A stretch of 64,000 nt of DNA from an uncultured Verrucomicrobiae bacterium (GTDB lineage Bacteria > Verrucomicrobiota > Verrucomicrobiia > Chthoniobacterales > UBA10450), in contig CAWDGJ010000003.1 of the NCBI GenBank assembly GCA_963801815.1, forward strand, positions 256,001 through 320,000. The letters are read 5' to 3'. This document shows positions 8,742 to 18,387 of the stretch, in pieces (within the stretch, counting starts at the first letter, position 1; the number at the start of each line of letters is the position of its first letter). The translations under genes were made by a program, and so were the position numbers. The notes below the pieces were generated by a model that was not told where the DNA came from, made no database searches, and saw only the letters and a list, made by a program, of their open reading frames with translations.

Positions 8742-10580
8742 TCAGGCAGTATAACCGAAGCGTGCGTCCAAATGTTTGAGAGCGTCCGCGGCAAAAGCCT
8801 GGTCTTCGGGCGAAAGATAGTCGCGATACCCACCCACTTTACCGCGACGGACTTTGAACGATTCAGGATTTCGCGCATCCCGCGGGCGAAGGATCTTGGA
8901 ATCGAAAACGCCCGTGGCTTCGAGGCGTTGCATGTTGGCGAAATCGGAAAACTCGAGTGCATACTTGAACGCTACCGGGTCAGGCGACCTTTCTCCGAGG
9001 GTGGTGAGGATGGCGCGGAAGTTTTCCTCCGGCGCAGCCCGCAGCGACTCGTAGTGAAGCAGCGTGAAATTTTTTCGGCGCCCGAATTCCGCAAACCAAT
9101 CGTTCATCGTTTTGATGAGCGACATGATGCCGTAGCGACGGTCGCGCATCAGGTCGCCAACTTTTTTTTCCTTCAACTGTTGCGGAGTTTCGCGAGTACG
9201 GTGGACCAGCTGCATGTAAAGCGAGACAAATGCGTCGCGTGGATCCCGCACCAACAAAATCACACGCGCCCGTGCGAGCTCGCGCGCCGGCACGAGATAC
9301 TTTCCGCGAATGCGGTCCCAAAGCCGGCCTTTCATTCGTTGCTCTGCGAAATCGTGCGAGAAAATCAGACGTGGGATGCTCGGGTCGTGGTAATGATCGG
9401 GCCTGAGCGTGAAGGGCCGGCCCGCGCGTTTACAGAAGTAAGCACAAAGAAAAGTGCGGACCCACGTGCGCCCGCTTTTGGGAACTGAAATGACGATCGC
9501 GTCGCCGCCGGAAAGTTCGCGGGCCCGGCTGCTGAAATTCCATCTTCGGAATGCACTGCCGGCGACGGGAGAAGGCGAATCGCCCGGGATCTGCGCAACT
9601 TCCCGCAAGAGTTTCACGTAACCCTGTGCGAAAGTCTCCAGCGAATAACGTTGTTCGATCAATTCCCGCCCGCGAATTCCAAAGGCTTTTCGTTGCTCCG
9701 AGTTCGTGATCAAACTGTCCAGAGTCTCGACCCAATCGTTCGCGTTGCGCGCAAGAAAGCCGTTTTCGCCGTGCGTGATGATCTGGCTGTTCACGCCAAC
9801 ATCGGAAGCGACCACTACTGTCCCGACGCCCATGTATTGCAAGATTTTATAACCACACTTGCCACGCGTCCAAACGGAGTCCCACAGGGGCATGATTCCA
9901 ATGTCGAAACTGGCGAGCGTTGCTTGTTCGGTTTCCAGTCGCCACGGTTCGTTTTCAACCTGAACGCCGTCTAGCTGCAAGGGCTTATCCGAAATAACCT
10001 TCAGTTTCAGTCCCGGAAAACGCGCGCTCAGTTGCTGCAGGGCTGGATGTATGTGGCGCAAATACGGAAGGCCGTCGCTCAAACCGAGCCAACCGATCGT
10101 CAAGCCGAGGCCGTCGCGAGGCTGTTTCAATTTATATTTCGTTAAATCGATCGACGTCGGAAGAATCACTGCACGCCGTCCACACGCTTCCGCGAAGCAC
10201 GCGAGAAAATCGTTTCCCGCCACAACCGCCTCGCAGTGCCTGACCGTCCGCAAAAATTTCTTGAACGTCTTTGCCCGGAGAGGCCGGCGATGCTTCTGCT
10301 CTCGAAACATCACCGCATCATCAAAATCGAAAACAATACGGCGATTTGTTCGTTGCAAGAGGCCAAGCTCCAGCTCGTTGAAGCCAATTGTCTTAAACAG
10401 AACCACGACGTCGTGCAGCGCTGCTTCCTTTAAAACGCGAAGGCGATCGCCCAAACTCGAGCGACGCGCGGGCAGCACCGTCGCTTCGACTCCAAGGCGT
10501 TGATATTGCTCAAGACAATCGCGCAAACGCAGCCGCGTGCTGGGCGCATTACCGTGTTCGACGACGCAGAGGACCTTCAT
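8742..10580 (-). CDS. Fusion of a GT4 glycosyltransferase and a sulfotransferase domain
   Basis: N-half: FDFDDA, DIGIMPL, GKCGYKILQYM, ENGFLA (GT4). C-half: SVPKSGRTW, VRDPRDAFVS, KVRRGKVGGY (sulfotransferase). Confidence 0.85.
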   Translation of the reverse strand: MKVLCVVEHGNAPSTRLRLRDCLEQYQRLGVEATVLPARRSSLGDRLRVLKEAALHDVVVLFKTIGFNELELGLLQRTNRRIVFDFDDAVMFREQKHRRPLRAKTFKKFLRTVRHCEAVVAGNDFLACFAEACGRRAVILPTSIDLTKYKLKQPRDGLGLTIGWLGLSDGLPYLRHIHPALQQLSARFPGLKLKVISDKPLQLDGVQVENEPWRLETEQATLASFDIGIMPLWDSVWTRGKCGYKILQYMGVGTVVVASDVGVNSQIITHGENGFLARNANDWVETLDSLITNSEQRKAFGIRGRELIEQRYSLETFAQGYVKLLREVAQIPGDSPSPVAGSAFRRWNFSSRARELSGGDAIVISVPKSGRTWVRTFLCAYFCKRAGRPFTLRPDHYHDPSIPRLIFSHDFAEQRMKGRLWDRIRGKYLVPARELARARVILLVRDPRDAFVSLYMQLVHRTRETPQQLKEKKVGDLMRDRRYGIMSLIKTMNDWFAEFGRRKNFTLLHYESLRAAPEENFRAILTTLGERSPDPVAFKYALEFSDFANMQRLEATGVFDSKILRPRDARNPESFKVRRGKVGGYRDYLSPEDQAFAADALKHLDARFGYTA

Positions 10581-10626
10581 CTTTGATTCGCCAGGCGACT
10601 TCTAAACAGCAGTTTCGATCACGAAT

Positions 10627-11394
10627 TCAGATTCTTCCAGTGCCCCACCGCCGATGGAGGAAACGCTCCCACGGCGAAAAAAGAATTTTGTCGGCCAGCA
10701 ATCCGATTGCCACGATCACGATCATGATCCCGATCACCTGATCCATCGCGTTTAGCTCGCGACCGTAATGAAGAAGATGGCCGAGTCCGAAGCCGGTAAG
10801 GATCGTCACGTAAATCTCCGCCGCCATCAGCGAGCGCCAGGCGAACGCCCAACCCTGTTTCATTCCGCTAATCAAGTACGGAAGCGATGCCGGAAGGATC
10901 ACGTAGATCCATCGATGGAACGGACCTGAGCCCATGGTTCGTGCAGCGCGCGCATAAATCGGCGGCAACGTGCGTACGCCGGTGTCAGTTGCAATGACGA
11001 CAGACCAAACTGTTCCCATGATCACGACAAACAGCATGGCTCCTTCAGTTTGGCCGAACCAGAGCAGCGCCAGCGGCACCCAGCAAACACTCGGCAGCGT
11101 TTGTAATCCGAGCGCAAGAACGCCGATCGTGTCTTCGAAGAATTTGCGTGATGCGGTTAATAATCCGAGCGGTAAACCAATCACAAGTCCGATGAAATAG
11201 CCGATCAGGAGACGTCTCAATGTCACCAGAGTTGCGCTGAGCAAAGTTCCGTCGCGCGCGCTGCTAACCAGATAGTCGAGCACACTGCGCGGCGACGGGA
11301 GTAGGACCGGCGACCAGATTTGCGCGCGGACGAGCAGGCCCCAGACCGCCACGATCGCGACAAAAAACAAAATCGCCAGAAATGCGCGTCTCAT
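10627..11394 (-). CDS. ABC transporter permease, nitrate/sulfonate/taurine family
   Basis: LLPSP; LQTLPSVCWVPL; EAA-like RAARTMG; AWRSLMAAE. Confidence 0.9.
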   Translation of the reverse strand: MRRAFLAILFFVAIVAVWGLLVRAQIWSPVLLPSPRSVLDYLVSSARDGTLLSATLVTLRRLLIGYFIGLVIGLPLGLLTASRKFFEDTIGVLALGLQTLPSVCWVPLALLWFGQTEGAMLFVVIMGTVWSVVIATDTGVRTLPPIYARAARTMGSGPFHRWIYVILPASLPYLISGMKQGWAFAWRSLMAAEIYVTILTGFGLGHLLHYGRELNAMDQVIGIMIVIVAIGLLADKILFSPWERFLHRRWGTGRI

Positions 11395-12194
11395 GATGCG
11401 ACCGTGGCTTCCTTGTAACCTCTAAACACGGCCGTCAATTTGGCTGCGTGTTGCGCGATTTCGATGCTGTTGAAATCGCGCGGCCGGGGAAGTTTTACTT
11501 CGAAAATCTCCCGTAAACGTCCCGGGGTCGGCGACATTACAATTACCCGGTCCGCGAGGCAGGCCGCTTCGCGGACGTTATGGGTCACGAAAATAATTGT
11601 CTTGCGTCGCTTCTCCCAAATTCGCTGGATGTCGCCGTAAAGTTGTTCGCGTGTCATCGCATCAAGTGCCGCGAATGGTTCGTCCATCAACAAGACGCGC
11701 GGATTCGGAGCGAGCGCGCGCGCCAGCGCCACCCGTTGTTTCATTCCACCGGAAAGTTCGTGCACGTTTGCCTCCATGAATTTTTCCAAACCGACGAGTT
11801 GCAGGAAAAATTTCGCGACCTCGCGCCGTTCGGAATTGCGCAAACCCGGTTTTAGTTTCAAACCGAACATCACGTTGCCGAAAACATTCAGCCACGGAAA
11901 CAACGCCGATTCCTGGAACATCACCAGGCGGTGGCGTCCTGGATTGAATACCGGCTGATTATCCGCGAGGACCTGACCTTTGTCGGCATGTTCGAGGCCG
12001 GCGATGATGTCGAGCAAAGTCGATTTGCCGCAGCCGCTCGGGCCCACGATAACGATGAACTCGCCTTCTGAAACTTCGAACGAGATATCGTCCAGCGCGT
12101 GCACCGTTTGACGCTTTTGTTGAAACCATTTCGAAACATGATCGACAACCAGTTTCGCGGGCGGCGGACCTTTGAGTTCTTCCTGAAGCGACAT
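11391..12194 (-). CDS. ABC transporter ATP-binding protein, nitrate/sulfonate/taurine family
   Basis: GPSGCGKS; LFPWL; LSGGMKQR; LLMDEPFAALD. Confidence 0.93.
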   Translation of the reverse strand: MSLQEELKGPPPAKLVVDHVSKWFQQKRQTVHALDDISFEVSEGEFIVIVGPSGCGKSTLLDIIAGLEHADKGQVLADNQPVFNPGRHRLVMFQESALFPWLNVFGNVMFGLKLKPGLRNSERREVAKFFLQLVGLEKFMEANVHELSGGMKQRVALARALAPNPRVLLMDEPFAALDAMTREQLYGDIQRIWEKRRKTIIFVTHNVREAACLADRVIVMSPTPGRLREIFEVKLPRPRDFNSIEIAQHAAKLTAVFRGYKEATVAS

Positions 12195-12371
12195 GATGGA
12201 ATTAAAAATGGCGACGGCTAAATTCTCGGCCGGAACCTGTCTTCAAATTTTTCTCAAAATCGATAATGCTAAGAGCGACAGCGTCATGAGCGAGTGCCGA
12301 TCTTGTCAGAACATCCCCGCAACAACAATCGCCGATGTTGGATTCCCGCCGTCACTGACAGAGTGCCTGGG

Positions 12372-13256
12372 CTATTTCAGCGGCCGCGCTACCATGATGC
12401 CGGTGTCACTTCGATACGTATTGAGATAAGTCGACAGCCGTGAATCCACCAGCACGCGTCCGTAATTATGCGGGGCCGATGCATGCATGAAATGCAAAAC
12501 GCCGTCGCTCGTGCGCAGGGCGAGTCCAACGTGCGATGTCGAAAACAGCCTGCCATCGTGGGAAACGATCCCGATGATGTCGCCGCTTTGCAGTTTTGGT
12601 TCGATCTTGGCCACCCGATTCTTTGGAATTTGATAGAGTGGCCGGGATGAAACGTCTGCTTCCATTCGCCCCAGCGGTCCGAGCAAAGATTGGTTCGCCG
12701 CCAGATAACGATAATGGCGCCAGCCGGCGGTCATCTCATGCGCCGCATGTGGCACGCTTCTACCGCCCAGTCTGGTGGTTAGATCTTCAACCAGACCGCG
12801 CTTGTTGTTGTCGTAGAGCCAATCCTCCAAATAATGCAGTCGCGACAGATATTCGCCGGTGCAAACCCCGCCGCGATAGCGGTCGATCTCGATGTAGTGC
12901 AGAAAATTCTCGGGCGTCCAATTCTCCTGCGGTTCGTTCAACATTCGAGCGAACGCCAGCGATGTTTCAAAAAATGTCCAGCAATCAAGCCCGGTGAAAT
13001 TGACCGAGGGCGACTCGATTCGGTTGTCGATCTCCAGAGTGTACGATTTGTAACGCGTGCCGGTCTGCGCTTGCCCGACGGCCGCCGTGCGTTCGCCGAT
13101 AGGCAGCGATTTCCAATCGTTTTCCTTCGCCTGTGACACCAGACGGGTGAATTGCGGTTCGCCTTTAAAGATTGTCTTAAACGGTAATCGCGATTCAAAC
13201 GCTCCGGCGGTTGAGCATACTAAAATGATTCCCAAAATGATTTTACAGGCCTTCAT
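12372..13256 (-). CDS. DUF1460 / NlpC-P60-like peptidoglycan amidase, secreted
   Basis: Signal peptide; LDCWTFFE; RYRGG; RLHY..DW; SHVG; HAS. Confidence 0.82.
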   Translation of the reverse strand: MKACKIILGIILVCSTAGAFESRLPFKTIFKGEPQFTRLVSQAKENDWKSLPIGERTAAVGQAQTGTRYKSYTLEIDNRIESPSVNFTGLDCWTFFETSLAFARMLNEPQENWTPENFLHYIEIDRYRGGVCTGEYLSRLHYLEDWLYDNNKRGLVEDLTTRLGGRSVPHAAHEMTAGWRHYRYLAANQSLLGPLGRMEADVSSRPLYQIPKNRVAKIEPKLQSGDIIGIVSHDGRLFSTSHVGLALRTSDGVLHFMHASAPHNYGRVLVDSRLSTYLNTYRSDTGIMVARPLK

Positions 13257-13290
13257 TCCTTCTGAAACTGGAATCAGAAATTACGCACGT

Positions 13291-14295
13291 TCAAGTCTTG
13301 GTCATTCGATCTCGCAATGAATATACACGCGATTTGAGGAATTCTTTCGGTCGTTCGCCGCGGATCGGTTTCATGAAATAACGGAGGGACCGTCGAGTCA
13401 GGCGCGGTTCGTAGCCGAATTCCGGCATCAAATCCCGGCAGTGCGATTCTACCCAGCCGATCTCATCCTCGTGCAATTCGTGTTGCCAGCGCGACACGGG
13501 CGCCGTGCTGATATTGGCGAACCGGGTGCCGGCCGCTGAATTTCCAGTCCAAGTTTGTCCAACTTTGGTTGGATTCAGCACAACGTCCGGATCGAAACTA
13601 ATCTCGAGATAATCGCACACCTTTTGCATCGAGCTTCTCGGATCGAGGGCAAGATCTTCGTAGCCCACCACGAGACCAGGTATTTCGCCTGCACGAATCT
13701 TTTTTGCGAGTTTCGCCGCCGTCCGCCAATGCGCGATCACATAATAAACCGAGAAACGTCGCGTCTTTCGTGTGTGCTCGAGCGCAATCTGCGCGGCCAA
13801 CAGCGCGCGAGGATCACGCATCGTGAGAAGTAATTTTGCCTTCGGAAAGCGGTTGAAAATCTCCGGGACGTAATTGCGATTCGCCGGCGTCTTCTCCACC
13901 CAGCGTTTTACTTTTTCGAGGCGAACACCGGCCACATCGGCGTAAGCCTGCATCATCAGGACGAGCAAATCTCGCTTTTCATTCGCGGGATCGAAGGCGA
14001 CGCGCTCGAAAGTTTCAAGAAATTGTTGTTTCGGAAAGCCGGCATAATCCTGCCGTCCGCGCATTGCTTGAAATCCAAACAACACATTCGTCCATGATTC
14101 CTTGGTCAGGTAATCGAACTGCGCGCGGCGTCCGCGATCACGATATTTTGTCAACACGGTCGGGAAATAGGCGGTGTCCTGCGGCATCACGAGCAGCTCG
14201 GGATGACTGTCGAGCAATGACACGAGCAGCGTCGTTCCCGATTTAGCCGGACCGGCGATGAAACAGGCGCGCTCATCGAACCGCAAATTTTCCAT
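13291..14295 (-). CDS. Sulfotransferase family protein (Sulfotransfer_3-like)
   Basis: FIAGPAKSGTTLL..LLDSHP; WVEKTP; MRDPR; YEDL. ATG at 14295 preferred. Confidence 0.87.
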   Translation of the reverse strand: MENLRFDERACFIAGPAKSGTTLLVSLLDSHPELLVMPQDTAYFPTVLTKYRDRGRRAQFDYLTKESWTNVLFGFQAMRGRQDYAGFPKQQFLETFERVAFDPANEKRDLLVLMMQAYADVAGVRLEKVKRWVEKTPANRNYVPEIFNRFPKAKLLLTMRDPRALLAAQIALEHTRKTRRFSVYYVIAHWRTAAKLAKKIRAGEIPGLVVGYEDLALDPRSSMQKVCDYLEISFDPDVVLNPTKVGQTWTGNSAAGTRFANISTAPVSRWQHELHEDEIGWVESHCRDLMPEFGYEPRLTRRSLRYFMKPIRGERPKEFLKSRVYSLRDRMTKT

Positions 14296-14366
14296 CGCCA
14301 CGAATCTAAATGTGCTGGCTTGCAGGCACAAACTTCGGATCATTTGTGTATGTCGACCTCTGACTC

Positions 14367-14395
14367 TCATCATTCGTCACTGGTCACTGATCACT
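14367..14395. repeat. 7-nt tandem array (single arm, TCGTCAC-like unit)
   Basis: TCATCAT TCGTCAC TGGTCAC TGATCAC. Confidence 0.5.
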
Positions 14396-14400
14396 CTGAT

Positions 14401-15132
14401 TTGCTTTGCAAATCGGCAGTCGCCAAACGCGCGATTGCTTTACTGCCTGACTATCAGCGAATCATTGCCGACATCCCGCCCGAAGCCGGTTTTGGCGGAA
14501 TCTGGGAGAGCGAGATGTTTCTATTTTACGCCGCTGTGAAACCGTTCGCGCCGAAACAAATCCTCGAATCGGGTCGCGCGCGCGGTAAAAGCACGCTGAT
14601 TCTCGCGCGATGCTTTTCCGAATCGCGCATCGTCAGCGTCGAGTACGAGCGTCAATCAGAAAATGCGCCCGCGGCCGAAGCGAAACTGAAAAACGAATCG
14701 AATGTCGAACTACTCTACGGCGATTCGCGCGTGATTTTGCCTGAGCGATTGCAAAGCGGCGATGCGGTTTTGATCGACGGCCCAAAAGATTTTCGCGCGC
14801 TAAAATTAGCTGTTGATCTTCTGGGCACGGAAAAGCCGTGCGCCGTGTTCGTCCACGATTTCCCGCCAAACTCGCCGCAGCGAAAATTCGCCGCGCGAAA
14901 TTTCCCGAACGCATTTTTCGGCGACGATCTGCTGTTTGAACGTTTCCAAAGCTTGGACAGTGAACGCGACCCACGTGTCTTTGGCGGAGAGGCGACCGCG
15001 CAGACCACGCCGAAGCTCACCATAGGCGGACCGGCCGCAAGTTCCCGCCGTTACGGCATTTTCGCTTGCTTGCCGCCGCCTCTCCCGAAACTCGGGTGGG
15101 TATCCCGTGTTCGGTTGAGCCTGTCGACCTGA
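14401..15132 (+). CDS. Class I SAM-dependent methyltransferase-like protein (Methyltransf_24-like); start uncertain
   Basis: ILESGRARGKST, YGDS, VLIDGPK, FVHD. In-frame TTG at 14401 used (ORF track starts at 14320). Confidence 0.55.
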   Translation: MLCKSAVAKRAIALLPDYQRIIADIPPEAGFGGIWESEMFLFYAAVKPFAPKQILESGRARGKSTLILARCFSESRIVSVEYERQSENAPAAEAKLKNESNVELLYGDSRVILPERLQSGDAVLIDGPKDFRALKLAVDLLGTEKPCAVFVHDFPPNSPQRKFAARNFPNAFFGDDLLFERFQSLDSERDPRVFGGEATAQTTPKLTIGGPAASSRRYGIFACLPPPLPKLGWVSRVRLSLST

Positions 15133-15180
15133 GGCGGGCAGGTTTGATTCAAAGCGCCACGCTTATATGGTTCGAGGACT

Positions 15181-16128
15181 GTGCCGAATCCCTTTTCGAG
15201 AAAGCGCAAGATAGTTCGCCAAGATTCTTCCGGAGCCCCTAGGAAGTCGACGCGAGTCAAATTGCGGCCCGGTAGCGACTGGACCAAACGCAATTTCATC
15301 ACCAGCGTCTGGATTCCGTCGCTTTTCACGAAACGCTTCGGCGCGAGCGACGCGCGGCCACTTTTTCCAAGAGTAGAGCCCGGCCAGATTTGCATTACCT
15401 GGATCGGCCACGCGTCGTTTTTGATTCAGACCCACGACACGAACGTGTTGATCGATCCGATCTGGTCGATGTGGCTCAGCGTGATCAAACGATTGAAAGA
15501 ACCGGGCTTCCATCTTCATCACTTGCCGTCGATCGATTTCGTTCTCGTCACGCACGCGCATTTCGATCATCTCGATCGACGAACGCTGCGAGCGATTGCC
15601 GCCGACCAGCCGATCGTTGTTCCGGTAGGCGTTGGACGTCTCGTTCATCGGCTCGGCTTCAAGATCGTTCACGAGCTTGATGAATGGCAGACGATTGAAT
15701 TGGGACCTCTGCGAGTTTCGTTAACGCCAGCTCACCATTGGGGCGCGCGTTTTCTAGCGGATACGCACCGCGGATTCGGCGGTTTCGTGATCGGCGCGAA
15801 CGGTCGCTCGGTTTTTCATTGCGGCGACACCGCTTACTTTGAAGGCTTCAAGGAAATCGGCGAACGTCACGAAATCGAGATCGCGCTCCTGCCCATTGGT
15901 GCTTACGACCCGCCGCTCGCCCGCGAAGTGCATATGAATCCGGAAGAAGCCGTGCGCGCGTTTAACGAATTGAAAGCAAAAACGCTCGTGCCGATGCATT
16001 ACGGCACTTTCCGTCTGGGCTACGAACCGCTTGAAGAACCGCTCGAGCGGTTGCGCGAATCGGCGCGCGTTCACGGCATCGAAGACAAACTTCTGGTCAT
16101 GACCGAAGGAAAGCCCGTGGTCTTGTAG
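15181..16128 (+). CDS. MBL-fold metallo-hydrolase (NAPE-PLD/RomA-like)
   Basis: TWIGHASF; THAHFDHLD; PAHHW; GDTAY; LPIGAY; HMNPEEA; PMHYGTF. Confidence 0.88.
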   Translation: MPNPFSRKRKIVRQDSSGAPRKSTRVKLRPGSDWTKRNFITSVWIPSLFTKRFGASDARPLFPRVEPGQICITWIGHASFLIQTHDTNVLIDPIWSMWLSVIKRLKEPGFHLHHLPSIDFVLVTHAHFDHLDRRTLRAIAADQPIVVPVGVGRLVHRLGFKIVHELDEWQTIELGPLRVSLTPAHHWGARFLADTHRGFGGFVIGANGRSVFHCGDTAYFEGFKEIGERHEIEIALLPIGAYDPPLAREVHMNPEEAVRAFNELKAKTLVPMHYGTFRLGYEPLEEPLERLRESARVHGIEDKLLVMTEGKPVVL

Positions 16129-16143
16129 CAAGATTATTTTCTC

Positions 16144-16222
16144 GCCACGGATGAACACAGATGAAACACAGATTCGGAGATTTGTTTCTCTGCATCTGTG
16201 AAGATCCGTGTTCATCTGGGGC
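16144..16222. repeat. Tandem-unit palindrome (9-10 nt unit, ACACAGATG-like)
   Basis: Left arm GCCACGGATGAACACAGATGAAACACAGAT; right arm ATCTGTGAAGATCCGTGTTCATCTGGGGC is a near reverse complement. Confidence 0.8.
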
Positions 16223-18387
16223 CGAATTTCTTTGGTGCAATCGCATCGGGTGGCCTGGTTATTGGGTTCAGCCTGTTGCTCCTGTGGCACGATCCGCTCG
16301 TTTTCTGGAACGACGATTATGAATTGTCGATTCTGCCCGTGTTCAGCGATGTCGCGCACAGTTGGAGCGAAGGTCATTTCCCTTTGCTCAGCCCATATTC
16401 CTGGGTCTGTAACAATCTCGCCGGCGAGTTTCAATACGGAACGTTTTCAATTTTCGTAAACGCAGCCGTTGTTTTGATCTGGAAATTTCCGCTCGCGTTC
16501 CCTCAACAAGCCGCTGCGCTTTCGATAACACATCTCTTCGTTCTGGCGGCCGGCGCGTTTCTGCTTGCCCGCGATCGCAGGCTTTCTATTTCGCTCTCGA
16601 CGTTCGTCGCGGTGGTTGCGGCGTTGAATGGTTGGATCATTTGTTGGGGGGCAACGGATTGGTTCGGCGCGCTCGGCGCGTTTACCTGGCTGCCGTGGGC
16701 GTGGTGGGCACTTGCCCGCTCACTGGATCGGCAACGAACGAGGTGGCGATTTCTCTGGCCGGCGCCGTTCGTTTATCTACTCGTAACCGGCGGATTTCCT
16801 TACACGGTTTTGATGCTCATCGTTTTGATTGTGTGGCTGTCGATCAAATCGGTTGGCGAAACAAGGAGCTGGATGTCGATCTGGCCAATGTTCGGCGGCG
16901 CCGCGCTCGGTTTTGGATTATCGGCGCCAGCTTGGCTTGCAATCTTCGATTACGTCTCGGGCTCCGCGCGCTCGGTGCAATCTGCGGGCGCGCATTGGCA
17001 ATGGATCGTGCCCTGGCGCGCATTGCCTGCATTTCTCTTGCCGTGTTGGACAGTCCATTGGGCCGATTTCGCGACCCATTACCTTCCGCATACCGCAACG
17101 GAGTTAGCGTGCGGCCTGGCCGCGCCCGCTGCGCTCGTCGCCGGATTCCTCTGGCGGCCGCGCTTGGTGATTAGGCGACTCAAATGGGAACTGATTCTTC
17201 TCGTTGTGTTGCTTGCGCTTTGCATGGCTCCGATGGCCGGGGTTTTTCGATGGAGTTTTCGATGGCTCCCATTCTTCCATCTCGTGCTCGCGCTTTGCGC
17301 GGCCCGCGTCTTGCAACTGCGACCGCGCCTGGCAGTTGGCTCGACAGCATTTCTGCTCTTGATCGTTGTTACAATTCCGATGTCGATCCTAAACACCGGC
17401 GGTCCAGACGGCGCCGCATTGACTTGGGTTTATTTTGAGATCGCAGCTGTGTGGGCGCTGTTAGAATTGTTTCTGCCAATAGCCAAAATACGCGAATGGG
17501 CGCCACCGTGCGCCACCTTTGCCGTATTGCTCGCGACCTACATTTGCATTGCGCCGAATTGCGGGGTGCCGAAATACAATTTGAGCCAGGATTTGCTAAA
17601 ACCGGAACCACTCGATCCGCAGCGCCTTTATCTCAGCATCTATCCCCCGCCTGAAACAGATTATCGCGTCGAGAAAAAACCGCATCCAGTCGGTCAACTC
17701 GTTAGGCTCGGGAGCACTTCAATGTGGGCGGGAGTGCGTTTCGTCAACGGTTATAGCCCGATTCTGCCTGCCGGGGTCGCGCGCGATCTTGATTTTCGTG
17801 TTCACGGCGAAATCAATCTGCACGAGGCCGAGTATCTCTTTTGGTTTCAATCGGACAAGGATCGATTGCTTGCCCAACTTGGAGTCGACGGAATCGTCGT
17901 CGCATGGGACGCAGGCGTCGATCCCGCGCTCGGCTCGGATTGGGAGTTCGTTAAATCAACCGACGAAGGCGCGGTTTATCATCGAATTGGGGCGCCGCTT
18001 GCGCGCGTTCGTTCTGTTACGTCGATCGACTCCCGGCCAAATACCCAATTTGTCTCGGCGACGATTTCAAAGATCAATGACACCCGAAATCGTCTCTCGG
18101 CAGATATCGATGTTCCGCGCGGAGGTCCGTCCGCGCTTCTGACTTTTTCGCGCCCGTTCTTTCGCGGTTACGAAGCACGAATCGGTGCCAAAAGATTGCC
18201 CGTCGATTCGTATCGCAGTCTTTTTCCAATCGTTGAAGTGCCATCCGGCGTGCGCGGCCGCCTAACCTTAGTTTATCGCCCGTGGTGGCTGATTTCAGGG
18301 TGCGCAATGTCGATCTCGTGCGCCGGCGTCTGGCTGTTTGGAATATTGAGCGCACTGCGCGCACGAATTACCAATGCCAGTAATTAA
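16198..18387 (+). CDS. Multi-pass membrane protein, YfhO/GT-C glycosyltransferase-like
   Basis: More than 10 TM segments; N-terminal DD..P...G.FPL..PY..C...LAGE loop; NGYSP; C-terminal YRP motif. Start uncertain. Confidence 0.65.
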   Translation: MKIRVHLGPNFFGAIASGGLVIGFSLLLLWHDPLVFWNDDYELSILPVFSDVAHSWSEGHFPLLSPYSWVCNNLAGEFQYGTFSIFVNAAVVLIWKFPLAFPQQAAALSITHLFVLAAGAFLLARDRRLSISLSTFVAVVAALNGWIICWGATDWFGALGAFTWLPWAWWALARSLDRQRTRWRFLWPAPFVYLLVTGGFPYTVLMLIVLIVWLSIKSVGETRSWMSIWPMFGGAALGFGLSAPAWLAIFDYVSGSARSVQSAGAHWQWIVPWRALPAFLLPCWTVHWADFATHYLPHTATELACGLAAPAALVAGFLWRPRLVIRRLKWELILLVVLLALCMAPMAGVFRWSFRWLPFFHLVLALCAARVLQLRPRLAVGSTAFLLLIVVTIPMSILNTGGPDGAALTWVYFEIAAVWALLELFLPIAKIREWAPPCATFAVLLATYICIAPNCGVPKYNLSQDLLKPEPLDPQRLYLSIYPPPETDYRVEKKPHPVGQLVRLGSTSMWAGVRFVNGYSPILPAGVARDLDFRVHGEINLHEAEYLFWFQSDKDRLLAQLGVDGIVVAWDAGVDPALGSDWEFVKSTDEGAVYHRIGAPLARVRSVTSIDSRPNTQFVSATISKINDTRNRLSADIDVPRGGPSALLTFSRPFFRGYEARIGAKRLPVDSYRSLFPIVEVPSGVRGRLTLVYRPWWLISGCAMSISCAGVWLFGILSALRARITNASN

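Noticed and set aside
8601..9488. Long antisense ORFs such as 8601..9488(+), 6261..7028(-), 42322..43143(+), 47846..49000(-) and 57285..57908(-)
   Set aside because: Shadow frames of well-supported genes, expected at this GC content; no motifs.
12195..12371. SAM or other riboswitch upstream of the ABC transporter
   Set aside because: I could not match the conserved core of any riboswitch class by eye; only weak pairing is visible.
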